28,196 nucleotides of DNA, from contig JAJRYI010000104.1 in assembly GCA_024275815.1 (NCBI GenBank), positions 1 to 28,196 on the forward strand, read 5' to 3'. Source of the DNA: Actinomycetes bacterium (lineage in GTDB: Bacteria; Actinomycetota; Acidimicrobiia; Spongiisociales; UBA5794). Positions within the stretch are counted from its first letter, which is position 1. Each line of letters opens with the position of its first letter. Of this stretch, positions 1-7,590 are shown in pieces. The notes below the pieces were generated by a model. The model saw nothing but the letters and a program-made list of their open reading frames with translations. It ran no database searches and had not been told where the DNA came from. Made by a program: the position numbers and the translations under genes.

Positions 1-2
1 GG

Positions 3-329
3 GGACAAGAGCAGGGGTATCGCGATCTCGGATTCGAGCCGGTGACACACCCGGGCGGTGATGCCTGGGCCCGGTTCTCCCAACGGGCAGCCGAAGCGGT
101 TCAGGCTCTCGACCTCGCAGGTCGTGCCGGTGACGCCCGCGCTTTCGGCAACGGTGAAGTCGAAGCACCCGACGGCCTGCATCGTGTGGGTGAACCCGAC
201 CCTGCGAACAGGTTGATCTCGATACTCGACACGGCCCTCGCCGGGTCAGAGTGGGGAGATCTCGTCACCACCGTTCAGTCACTCGACATCGACATGGAGA
301 CCGTATCTGTCGGGACACCGGCACCATGA
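3..329 (+). CDS. 5'-partial NuoD/49-kDa-like (group 4 hydrogenase large-subunit-related) protein, C-terminal part only
   Basis: Frame is open from base 3 to TGA 327-329. YRDLGFEPVTHPGGDAWARFSQRAAEAVQALDL...VEAPDG...LAGSEWGDLVTTVQSLD aligns by eye with NuoD of this window ([37 protein letters not shown]...VEGPRG...SDSLIADLIAALASTD). The stop overlaps the next start (ATGA). Confidence 0.6.
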   Translation, partial: GQEQGYRDLGFEPVTHPGGDAWARFSQRAAEAVQALDLAGRAGDARAFGNGEVEAPDGLHRVGEPDPANRLISILDTALAGSEWGDLVTTVQSLDIDMETVSVGTPAP

Positions 330-1231
330 CGACCCTGAGCATCCTCGTCCAGGTGGCCGCCCTGCTCACCGGCGGCGCCTACGTCCTGGTGGTGACGGAC
401 CGCCTGATGAGCAGCACGGGCGGCGTACGCTCGGCCCTCGTCTACCCCGTCAGGCGGCTGTCGTTCCTCCTCCTGCAGCCAGCAACGACGACCGAGCGGC
501 CAGATTTCGAGGCGTGGATCCTCGGTCCGGCGTTGCTCATGGCGCTCGCAGCGGTGGGTGCAGTGGCGATCCCCGTCGCAGGACCATCGGCAGGCGGCGA
601 TATCCATGCCGGACTCGTGCTCTTCGGCGCTGCGATGCTCATCGTGCTCGTCGCGGTGTTCATCTTCGGATGGGGGCCGAACTCGGTGTTCCCGATGATC
701 GGTGGATACCGGATGGCTGCCATGGTCCTCTCCGTGGGTATCCCCTTCTCCCTGGTCGTACTCACCACAGCCATCCCGGCCGAGTCGTTGTCGGTCGGGA
801 TGATCGTCGAGGCACAGTCCAGTCTGTGGTTCGTGGTGGTCCAACCGCTCGGGCTGCCCATCTACCTCGTCACGGCAGCCGCGATCGCCTTCTGGGGCCC
901 GTTCGACCTTCCTGAGGGTGCCGATCTCGCCGGCGGTGTCGTCGCTGAAGCGTCCGGCCTGAGACTGGCGATGTGGAGATTCGCACGTGCAGCGTTGCTG
1001 GTGACCCTGTCACTGATGGGCCAAGCCGTCTTCCTCGGCGGCTACCTCGGGCCGATTCTCCCCGGTTGGGCGTGGACGATCGTAAAGACGCTGGTGCTTC
1101 TGGTACTCCTGGCGCTGGCAGGGCGAACGATGGCGCGGATGCGCGTTCAGACGTTCGTCTGGTTCGGGTGGGTCGTGCTCCTGCCCCTGGCGCTGGTCGA
1201 CGTGTTCGTCTCTGGTTGGTTGGCGCTATGA
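326..1231 (+). CDS. nuoH: NuoH-like membrane subunit (divergent paralog)
   Basis: Multi-TM protein with NuoH remnants (GW..NS.FPMIGGYR, PFDLPE, GGYLGP, WTIVKT, ARMR). True start is taken as ATG 326, which overlaps the upstream stop, rather than the ORF start at 251. Confidence 0.8.
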   Translation: MTTLSILVQVAALLTGGAYVLVVTDRLMSSTGGVRSALVYPVRRLSFLLLQPATTTERPDFEAWILGPALLMALAAVGAVAIPVAGPSAGGDIHAGLVLFGAAMLIVLVAVFIFGWGPNSVFPMIGGYRMAAMVLSVGIPFSLVVLTTAIPAESLSVGMIVEAQSSLWFVVVQPLGLPIYLVTAAAIAFWGPFDLPEGADLAGGVVAEASGLRLAMWRFARAALLVTLSLMGQAVFLGGYLGPILPGWAWTIVKTLVLLVLLALAGRTMARMRVQTFVWFGWVVLLPLALVDVFVSGWLAL

Positions 1232-1794
1232 ACCCCGGGCCCCTGTCCTACTTCCTCGTATCGGCGTTCGGTGTCGGAGCCGTGGTCTCGGGCTGGCTGG
1301 TGTTTCGCACGGACTCCATGCTGCGAGCCGCTTACTGGCTCATGGTCTCGTTCGTAGCGGTCGGAGCCATGCTGATCGTCCTCGATGCCCAGTTCCTCGG
1401 GCTGATCCTCATCCTCATGATGTCGGGGGAGATGACGATCATGGCGATCTTCATGATCCTGTTCATGATGAACCCTGCAGGGTTGAACCCGATGACCATG
1501 GTTCACCAGCACCGGACATCGATCATCGCGGGCGTGGGATCCTTCGTCGTCCTCGCCTTCGTCGGAGTCGTTGCCGAGTTCCCGGACCGCCCGGTACCAG
1601 CAGGCGACGCAACGGTCGCGCTCGGCGAGGAGTTGCTCGGACGCTCGATGCTCGTCTTCGAGTCGGCCGGCGTGGCGCTCCTGGCCGTCATGATCGGAGC
1701 CATCGCCCTGGCGGCGAAGCAGGGCCGTTTCGGCGATGCATATGACGGATCACAGGAGCCGAGCATCGACGTCGAGACGGAGGACCGATCATGA
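1228..1794 (+). CDS. nuoJ: NuoJ-like membrane subunit (divergent paralog)
   Basis: ATGA-coupled start at 1228. About 5 TM helices, C-terminal LGEELLGRSMLVFESAGVALLAVMIGAIALA typical of NuoJ, located between H-like and K-like genes. Confidence 0.8.
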   Translation: MNPGPLSYFLVSAFGVGAVVSGWLVFRTDSMLRAAYWLMVSFVAVGAMLIVLDAQFLGLILILMMSGEMTIMAIFMILFMMNPAGLNPMTMVHQHRTSIIAGVGSFVVLAFVGVVAEFPDRPVPAGDATVALGEELLGRSMLVFESAGVALLAVMIGAIALAAKQGRFGDAYDGSQEPSIDVETEDRS

Positions 1795-2093
1795 TCGACA
1801 TCCTCCTCGTCGTTGGAGCCGCCATCTTCGGAATCGGGGTGTACGGAGCTCTCAGCCAGCAGTCCTTCGTGATGATCATGATGGGCCTCGAGCTGATGCT
1901 CAACGCCGCGCTACTCGTGGCGATCACGTTCTGGTGGGCATCGACCGGCGGGAACCCCGCAGGCCAGCTGCTGGTGATCGTGATCCTCGCGGTGATGGCC
2001 ATCGAGGCGGCCATAGGGTTCGCTCTGGTGACGGCGGTGTACCGGTCCCGAAAGGCCGACATCACCGAGAAGCTCAAGAAGCTGCGTAACTGA
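1791..2093 (+). CDS. nuoK: NuoK-like subunit (paralog)
   Basis: 100 aa, 3 TM, MGLELMLN and MAIEAAIGFAL with both conserved Glu. GGAGG upstream and ATGA overlap. Confidence 0.9.
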   Translation: MIDILLVVGAAIFGIGVYGALSQQSFVMIMMGLELMLNAALLVAITFWWASTGGNPAGQLLVIVILAVMAIEAAIGFALVTAVYRSRKADITEKLKKLRN

Positions 2094-4006
2094 TGGTCTG
2101 GCTTCCCGTACTCACGCCGCTGATCGGAGGTGCCATCATCCTGGCACTCAGGCGGAGCCAGATGGCGGCAAGAGTCGCGTCCGTCCTCGTGATGGTGGCC
2201 ACCGTGGCCGCAGCGGCCTTGGTCGCCTCGCTCGAGGCTACGGGTACCTGGTCGTGGGGTGGGCAGTTGGACCTCGCTGTGTCGGTCACAGGGTTCGGTC
2301 GAACGATGGTGGTCCTGGTCCCGGTGATCGCCACCGCTGTGATCGGATTCGCCGCGACCAACTCGGAGGATGATCGATCCATCGTCAAGTTGCTGGTGGC
2401 GCTGACCTGGTTCGTGGCAGCCATGGAGCTTCTCGTGATAGCCGCCGACTTCCTCACACTGCTCATCGGATGGGAGCTGGTCGGAGCCGCGTCGTGGGTG
2501 CTGATCGGACACGAGTGGCGCGACCCGCAGCGTCCCCGATCAGCCCGAGAGGCCTTCGTCACGACTCGCTTCGGTGACCTCGGCATATACGTGGCAGCCG
2601 GCGCCATCTTCGCTGCAACCGGGAGCCTTCGCTACGACGACCTGGCAGCGGTGTCCCCGGGTTGGCTCGCGATCATCGCTGGTGGCCTGGTACTGGCAGC
2701 GGCGGCGAAGTCGGCACAGGTCCCGTTCTCACCGTGGTTGTTCTCGGCCATGGCCGGTCCGACGCCTGTGTCGGCTCTCTTGCACTCCGCAACGATGGTC
2801 GCTGCAGGTGCCTACATCCTCATCCGCCTCCAGCCAACCCTGTCAGCGGTGGGTTGGTTCTCCCCGGTGGTGATCGGGATCGGTCTCACGACGGCACTCG
2901 CCGGCGGGATGGTCACCCTGGCTCAGCAGGACCTCAAGAAGGCTCTCGCAGGCTCGACGTCTGCACAGTACGGACTGATGCTGATCGCCGTTGGGGCGGG
3001 CTTCACCGCAGCCGCCGCAGGACAGCTCACAGCGCACGCCCTCTTCAAGTCCCTGCTGTTCCTCACAGCAGGTGTCGCTCTTCACGCGAGCGGAACACTC
3101 GATCTGTCCAAGCTACGACTCGGGAGCGCTCTGCCTCGGGTAGCGGTGCTCTTCGGCATCGGGGCGCTGGCACTTGCTGCGGTGCCACCGCTCGGAGCGG
3201 CTTTCACCAAGGAAGCGGTACTCGCCGGAGCGTTCCATGCCGGCATATGGGTGGGTCTGGGGACGGCGGCAGCCGGACTGCTCAGTACCCTGTACGCAGC
3301 GAGGCTCCACATGCTTGCCTACGGGCCAGGGCCCACCAGGGACGTCCATACACCGCCACGACGCGGTGAGATGGTGGCTCTCGGGGGACTCGCTGCCCTG
3401 ACACTCTTGCTCGGGGTGCTGTGGCTCCCCGGTGGGGACGCCATCTTGGAACGTGCGGCAGAAGGAGCGATCCTGTCACCGACACGAGCCGAGACGATCC
3501 TGTCGTTGGCCCTCGTCGTGGTCGGACTCACCGCGGTAGCCGTCGCGTGGCGACGCGGCCGACTCGTGACCCTTGGCATGCCGGCTCGAACTCGTGCGTT
3601 CATCGCAGGATGGTGGGGGATCCCAACGGCGGCAAGGGTACTCATCGTCGACCCCGTGTCCCGTCTGGGGAAGTGGCTCTTCATTGCAGACCGCAACGTC
3701 CTGGCACGAATCGCCGACTCGGTTGCGGCCTTCGCCGAGTACACGTCACGCGTCCTCAAGCGGTTGGTCGAGCGAGGGATCGATGGCGTGGTCTGGGGCA
3801 TCGGCGGGGCCACGATTCAAGGTGCAGAGATGTCGAGATTGGCAGACGACCGGGGTGTGGACGGGACAGTTGAAGGTGTCGCGTCCGGTATCGGCGAGGC
3901 GGGAAAGCAGAGCCGCAGGACGCAGACCGGGATGTCCTACCACTACTACACAGCGATGATGATCGGACTCGTGGTGGCGATCGCAGTCGCCACCCTCTGG
4001 AGGTAA
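2093..4006 (+). CDS. nuoL: NuoL-like antiporter subunit (paralog)
   Basis: GWELVG, AFVTTRFGD, AAKSAQVPF.PWL..AM.GPTPVSALLHSATMVAAG, AHALFKSLLF, C-terminal lateral helix plus final TM. TGATG overlap with nuoK. Confidence 0.9.
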   Translation: MVWLPVLTPLIGGAIILALRRSQMAARVASVLVMVATVAAAALVASLEATGTWSWGGQLDLAVSVTGFGRTMVVLVPVIATAVIGFAATNSEDDRSIVKLLVALTWFVAAMELLVIAADFLTLLIGWELVGAASWVLIGHEWRDPQRPRSAREAFVTTRFGDLGIYVAAGAIFAATGSLRYDDLAAVSPGWLAIIAGGLVLAAAAKSAQVPFSPWLFSAMAGPTPVSALLHSATMVAAGAYILIRLQPTLSAVGWFSPVVIGIGLTTALAGGMVTLAQQDLKKALAGSTSAQYGLMLIAVGAGFTAAAAGQLTAHALFKSLLFLTAGVALHASGTLDLSKLRLGSALPRVAVLFGIGALALAAVPPLGAAFTKEAVLAGAFHAGIWVGLGTAAAGLLSTLYAARLHMLAYGPGPTRDVHTPPRRGEMVALGGLAALTLLLGVLWLPGGDAILERAAEGAILSPTRAETILSLALVVVGLTAVAVAWRRGRLVTLGMPARTRAFIAGWWGIPTAARVLIVDPVSRLGKWLFIADRNVLARIADSVAAFAEYTSRVLKRLVERGIDGVVWGIGGATIQGAEMSRLADDRGVDGTVEGVASGIGEAGKQSRRTQTGMSYHYYTAMMIGLVVAIAVATLWR

Positions 4007-4011
4007 TACGG

Positions 4012-5493
4012 ATGTTGACATTGGCTATCGTCGTTCCACTCGTGGTGGCTGCGGTCACCCTGGCGATCCCGAAGCGGCATGAGCATCTCGCGCGCCCTCT
4101 GGCGATCGTCACGAGCTTCCTCCCGCTCGTCGTGGTAGCCATCTCGTGGGCACGCTTCGATTTCTCGACCGGGTTCCAACTGGTGGAGTCGGCGCAGTGG
4201 ATCCCCTCACTCGGGATCTCCTACACGGTGGGGGTCGACGGGCTGTCGCTCCCCCTCGTCGCACTCACTGCCTTGCTGTTCACGGTGTCGATGGTCTTCC
4301 CCTTCGACGTCCTCGGCAAGCCCCGGGCGTACTTTGCAACGTTCCTGTTCCTCGAGGCGATCTCGCTCGGCGTGTTCCTATCGCTCGACCTGATCCTCTT
4401 CTTCGTTTTCTGGGACCTCAGCCTCGTCGGCATGTACTTCCTCATCGGTATCTGGGGTCACGGAGAGGACGCCAAGCGATCGGCCCTCAAGTTCTTCCTC
4501 TACACCCTGCTCGGTTCACTGGCGTTGCTCCTCGGCATCCTCGGCATCTACCTCTACACGGACCCGCGAACCTTCAGCATGATCGAGATCATCGACAAGC
4601 TCCCTGTACCTGCCGGCGGATTGGCCGCCACCTTGATCTTCGTCGCGGTGGGTATCGGGTTTGCGGTCAAGACACCGCTCGTGCCACTCCACACATGGCT
4701 CCCCCCTGCCCATGTCGATGCACCTGCTCCCGCATCCACCATCCTTGCAGGTGTCCTCCTCAAGATGGGAACCTACGGCTTCATCCGGATCTCCCTCCAG
4801 ATGCTGCCCGAGACCTTCCAGCGTTTCGCTCTGCCTCTGGCGATCCTCGCCGTCGTGAGCATCCTCTACGGTGCGCTCGTCGCGATGGCACAGACGAACC
4901 TCAAACGCCTCGTCGCCTACACCAGCGTCAATCACATGGGGTACGTGATCCTCGGCGTCGCAGCAGCAGGGGCGATCGGCCTCGGCAGCGAGGCGTCGCG
5001 CTCGATCGCGATGACCGGCGCGGTCGTCGAGATGGTGGCACATGGGCTGATCACCGGAGCCCTGTTCCTTCTGTCGGGATCGATCTACGCGAGGGGAAAG
5101 ACGTACGAACTCGACCAGTACGGAGGCCTGGCGGGGGCATCTCCGCGCCTGTCGGGGATCATGATGTTGGCAGCGTTCGCGAGCCTCGGGCTACCCGGGC
5201 TGGCAGGCTTCGTCGCCGAGTTCCAGATCTTCGCAGGAACACTGGGAGTGTTCCCCTGGCTCGCCGCGATCGGCCTCCTTGGCATCGTGATCACGGCAGC
5301 GCTGTTCCTTCGCATGATCCAGCAGCTCTTCTTCGGCGATCTCCCGGCCCGCTGGGGTGACTGGAAGGACCTTAAGCGAGCCGAGCTGTACGCACTCGTA
5401 CCCCTGGCGGCACTCGTGGTCGTGATCGGCGTGGTGCCGCAGTGGCTGATCCGGGTCATCGATACGTTCTCCCAGATGGTGGCACGAGGCTGA
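4012..5493 (+). CDS. nuoM: NuoM-like antiporter subunit (paralog)
   Basis: VGVDGLS, AVKTPLVPLHTWLPPAH, AGVLLKMGTYG, AYTSVNHMG, MVAHG, SLGLPGLAGFVAEF. GGAGG upstream of ATG 4012. Confidence 0.9.
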   Translation: MLTLAIVVPLVVAAVTLAIPKRHEHLARPLAIVTSFLPLVVVAISWARFDFSTGFQLVESAQWIPSLGISYTVGVDGLSLPLVALTALLFTVSMVFPFDVLGKPRAYFATFLFLEAISLGVFLSLDLILFFVFWDLSLVGMYFLIGIWGHGEDAKRSALKFFLYTLLGSLALLLGILGIYLYTDPRTFSMIEIIDKLPVPAGGLAATLIFVAVGIGFAVKTPLVPLHTWLPPAHVDAPAPASTILAGVLLKMGTYGFIRISLQMLPETFQRFALPLAILAVVSILYGALVAMAQTNLKRLVAYTSVNHMGYVILGVAAAGAIGLGSEASRSIAMTGAVVEMVAHGLITGALFLLSGSIYARGKTYELDQYGGLAGASPRLSGIMMLAAFASLGLPGLAGFVAEFQIFAGTLGVFPWLAAIGLLGIVITAALFLRMIQQLFFGDLPARWGDWKDLKRAELYALVPLAALVVVIGVVPQWLIRVIDTFSQMVARG

Positions 5494-5526
5494 CATGAGC
5501 CCGACCTCGACTCGAGAGACCCTCCG

Positions 5527-6954
5527 ATGACCGAAGCCATGGGTCAGGCTGCCATCGATATCCTCCCCGTCCTGATCCTGGCCGGGGGAGCCATCCTGCT
5601 GATCTTCTACGCCATGTTCGTTTCGCGGGCGTTGCAGGTGTGGTCCGCGCTCGGTGCGATGATCGTGCTCGCTGCTGCGGGTTTCGCCGCCGGCTGGTAC
5701 CTCGGGGACGCGCCGGACGTCACTTTCTTCGGGACGTTCGCAGCCGATCGGGCGTGGCTGTGGGGGACGCTCATCATCATCGTCGTTACAGCACTGACCG
5801 TCGCGCTCTCGGTCGAGTGGTTCCAGTCGGATTCTCGCCATGGCGAGTACTACGTGCTCCTCCTGCTCTCTGGACTGGGAGCCGTGCTGCTAGCAGGGGC
5901 GATCGACCTGATGGAACTGGTCGTCGCGATGCTCCTTTCCTCCGTCACCGGGTTCGCTCTGGCCGCCTACCACCGCAAGTCGCGAGCCGCCACAGAGGCA
6001 GGGATCAAGTACTACCTCATCGGTGCCCTGGCGAACGGAGCGATGGTGTACGGGGTTGCACTGTTGTTCGGTCTGGCGGGTGGAACCTCCTTCGAGGATC
6101 TTCGTACAGGTCTCGTGGATGCCGATCCGTTGGCCCTCATCGTCGGCTTCGCCATGGTCGCCATCGGTATCGCTTTCAAGTTGGGGTCCGTCCCCGCTCA
6201 TCAATGGATGCCCGATGTGGCCCAGGGGGCGCCCGCACCTGTAGCTGCCTTCTTGCTCGTTGCAGGAAAGGTCGGAGCACTGATCGTCTTGATGCGGCTC
6301 GTGATGGTTCTCCCCGAGTCGGGTGTGGGATGGCGACCGTTGATCGCGGTGATCGCTGCAGTCACGATGACCCTCGGCAACCTGGCCGCACTGTGGCAGG
6401 ACGACGTTCGGAGAATGCTCGGGTGGTCATCCGTGTCACAAACCGGATACGGCCTCCTGGCGGTCGTCGCGATCGGTCGCAGCGATATCGCCGTTTCGTC
6501 GATGCTCTTCTTCCTCGCCGCTTACGCGATGGGGAACATGGCAGCGTTCGGCGTGATCGTGAAACTGCGTGGGCTCACTTCCAGGGAGTCGTTTCGTGGC
6601 CTTGCAACACCCCATCCGTGGTTGATGGGAGCACTCGTCGTGAGCTTCCTCTCCTTCATCGGCATTCCCCCGCTCGGTGGCTTCACGGCGAAGCTCTTAC
6701 TGATGGGCGCCGTCATCGATTCTGGCTACGCCTGGCTCGCCGTACTCACCGTGATCAACTCGGCGATCTCACTGTTCTACTACGCCAGGGTGATGGGCCC
6801 TGCGTACTTCGACGACGCCGCCGAACCTCGACCGCTGATGGGCAGCTTGGCGTCGTGGGCGTTGGGCATCGCGACCGTCGCCGTCATCGCCATCGGTGTC
6901 GCAGCACAGCCCCTGGCAGCCGCGTGGCAGGCACTCGTGCTCCTCACCGGGTGA
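5527..6954 (+). CDS. nuoN: NuoN-like antiporter subunit (paralog)
   Basis: EAGIKYYLIGA, AFKLGSVPAHQWMPDVAQGAP, RMLGWSSVSQTGY, SFIGIPPLGGFTAK, NSAISLFYY. Confidence 0.9.
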   Translation: MTEAMGQAAIDILPVLILAGGAILLIFYAMFVSRALQVWSALGAMIVLAAAGFAAGWYLGDAPDVTFFGTFAADRAWLWGTLIIIVVTALTVALSVEWFQSDSRHGEYYVLLLLSGLGAVLLAGAIDLMELVVAMLLSSVTGFALAAYHRKSRAATEAGIKYYLIGALANGAMVYGVALLFGLAGGTSFEDLRTGLVDADPLALIVGFAMVAIGIAFKLGSVPAHQWMPDVAQGAPAPVAAFLLVAGKVGALIVLMRLVMVLPESGVGWRPLIAVIAAVTMTLGNLAALWQDDVRRMLGWSSVSQTGYGLLAVVAIGRSDIAVSSMLFFLAAYAMGNMAAFGVIVKLRGLTSRESFRGLATPHPWLMGALVVSFLSFIGIPPLGGFTAKLLLMGAVIDSGYAWLAVLTVINSAISLFYYARVMGPAYFDDAAEPRPLMGSLASWALGIATVAVIAIGVAAQPLAAAWQALVLLTG

Positions 6955-6988
6955 GGGAACGCTATCTGCTCCTCGAGCGGTGGCACCG

Positions 6989-7411
6989 CTACTTGGCAAC
7001 ACCGTTGATGGAGCCGGTGGTCTTTTGGAGTGACATGTCGTACGCGAAGCAGATGACCTCGCGATCCCCGACACCCCACGTGTCGGCGGTCGGATACAGT
7101 GACCCGATCTCGTAGATGCTGTCCGCGTACGCTATACCGACGTAGGAAGCGAAGTTCTCGAGACAGACGGCGTCTGCCCGGTTCTTCACCTGATCCACTC
7201 CGGGATACTCCGACCCGGTCAGATCCTGGTTGGCGAAGACCTCGTTGTCGTGAGGCTGATCACAGTCGACGACGGGTACATCGGAGACCTCGTCGTAGGA
7301 ACCCGACGGGTCGTCGAAGCACGTGCCGACCTCGAGTTCGAGCACACTCGCCGAACATGCTGCAAGCAGAACGGCCCCTGCTACGAGACCTACCATCCAA
7401 GTACGATTCAC
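6989..7411 (-). CDS. Septum-formation-family (Septum_form-like) lipoprotein
   Basis: Signal peptide with LAAC lipobox, then GTCFD...VVDCDQPHDNEVF...C...YP...W..GDREVIC, the pattern of actinobacterial septum-formation domains. GGAG 7 nt upstream of the GTG start. Confidence 0.7.
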   Translation of the reverse strand: MNRTWMVGLVAGAVLLAACSASVLELEVGTCFDDPSGSYDEVSDVPVVDCDQPHDNEVFANQDLTGSEYPGVDQVKNRADAVCLENFASYVGIAYADSIYEIGSLYPTADTWGVGDREVICFAYDMSLQKTTGSINGVAK

Positions 7412-7524
7412 GTCGACTCTCCGTTCCGTCCGATTCGCGGTGACATCACTCGATCCCTATCGACCATATCGCGACCGGTCTCGAGGTATTCGCACCCTAC
7501 CCTCGAAAACGAGTAGCGACCTAA

Positions 7525-7554
7525 TTGCACCTACCGCGGTAGTGCATATACGCT
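7525..7554 (+). promoter_or_regulatory. Putative sigma-A promoter of the Fe3+ ABC operon with overlapping palindrome
   Basis: TTGCAC (7525-7530), 18-nt spacer, TACGCT (7549-7554, TANNNT). AGGAG RBS at 7581-7585. Confidence 0.4.
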
Positions 7555-7590
7555 TGACCTGTACCGATGCCGGTTCGCAAAGGAGAATCC

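Noticed and set aside
3-329. NiFe hydrogenase large subunit, making the cluster a group 4 hydrogenase
   Set aside because: The C-terminus reads SLDIDME with no Cys, so the DPCxxC Ni-binding motif is absent.
6976-6990. Hairpin AGCGGT-GGC-ACCGCT between the convergent nuoN paralog and lipoprotein gene
   Set aside because: A 6-bp stem with no U-tract is expected by chance at this GC content.
7482-7500. Possible DtxR/IdeR box CGAGGTATTCGCACCCTAC upstream of fbpA
   Set aside because: Only about 11 of 19 positions match the degenerate consensus and the diagnostic TTA/TAA ends are missing, so it is too weak to call without a PWM scan.
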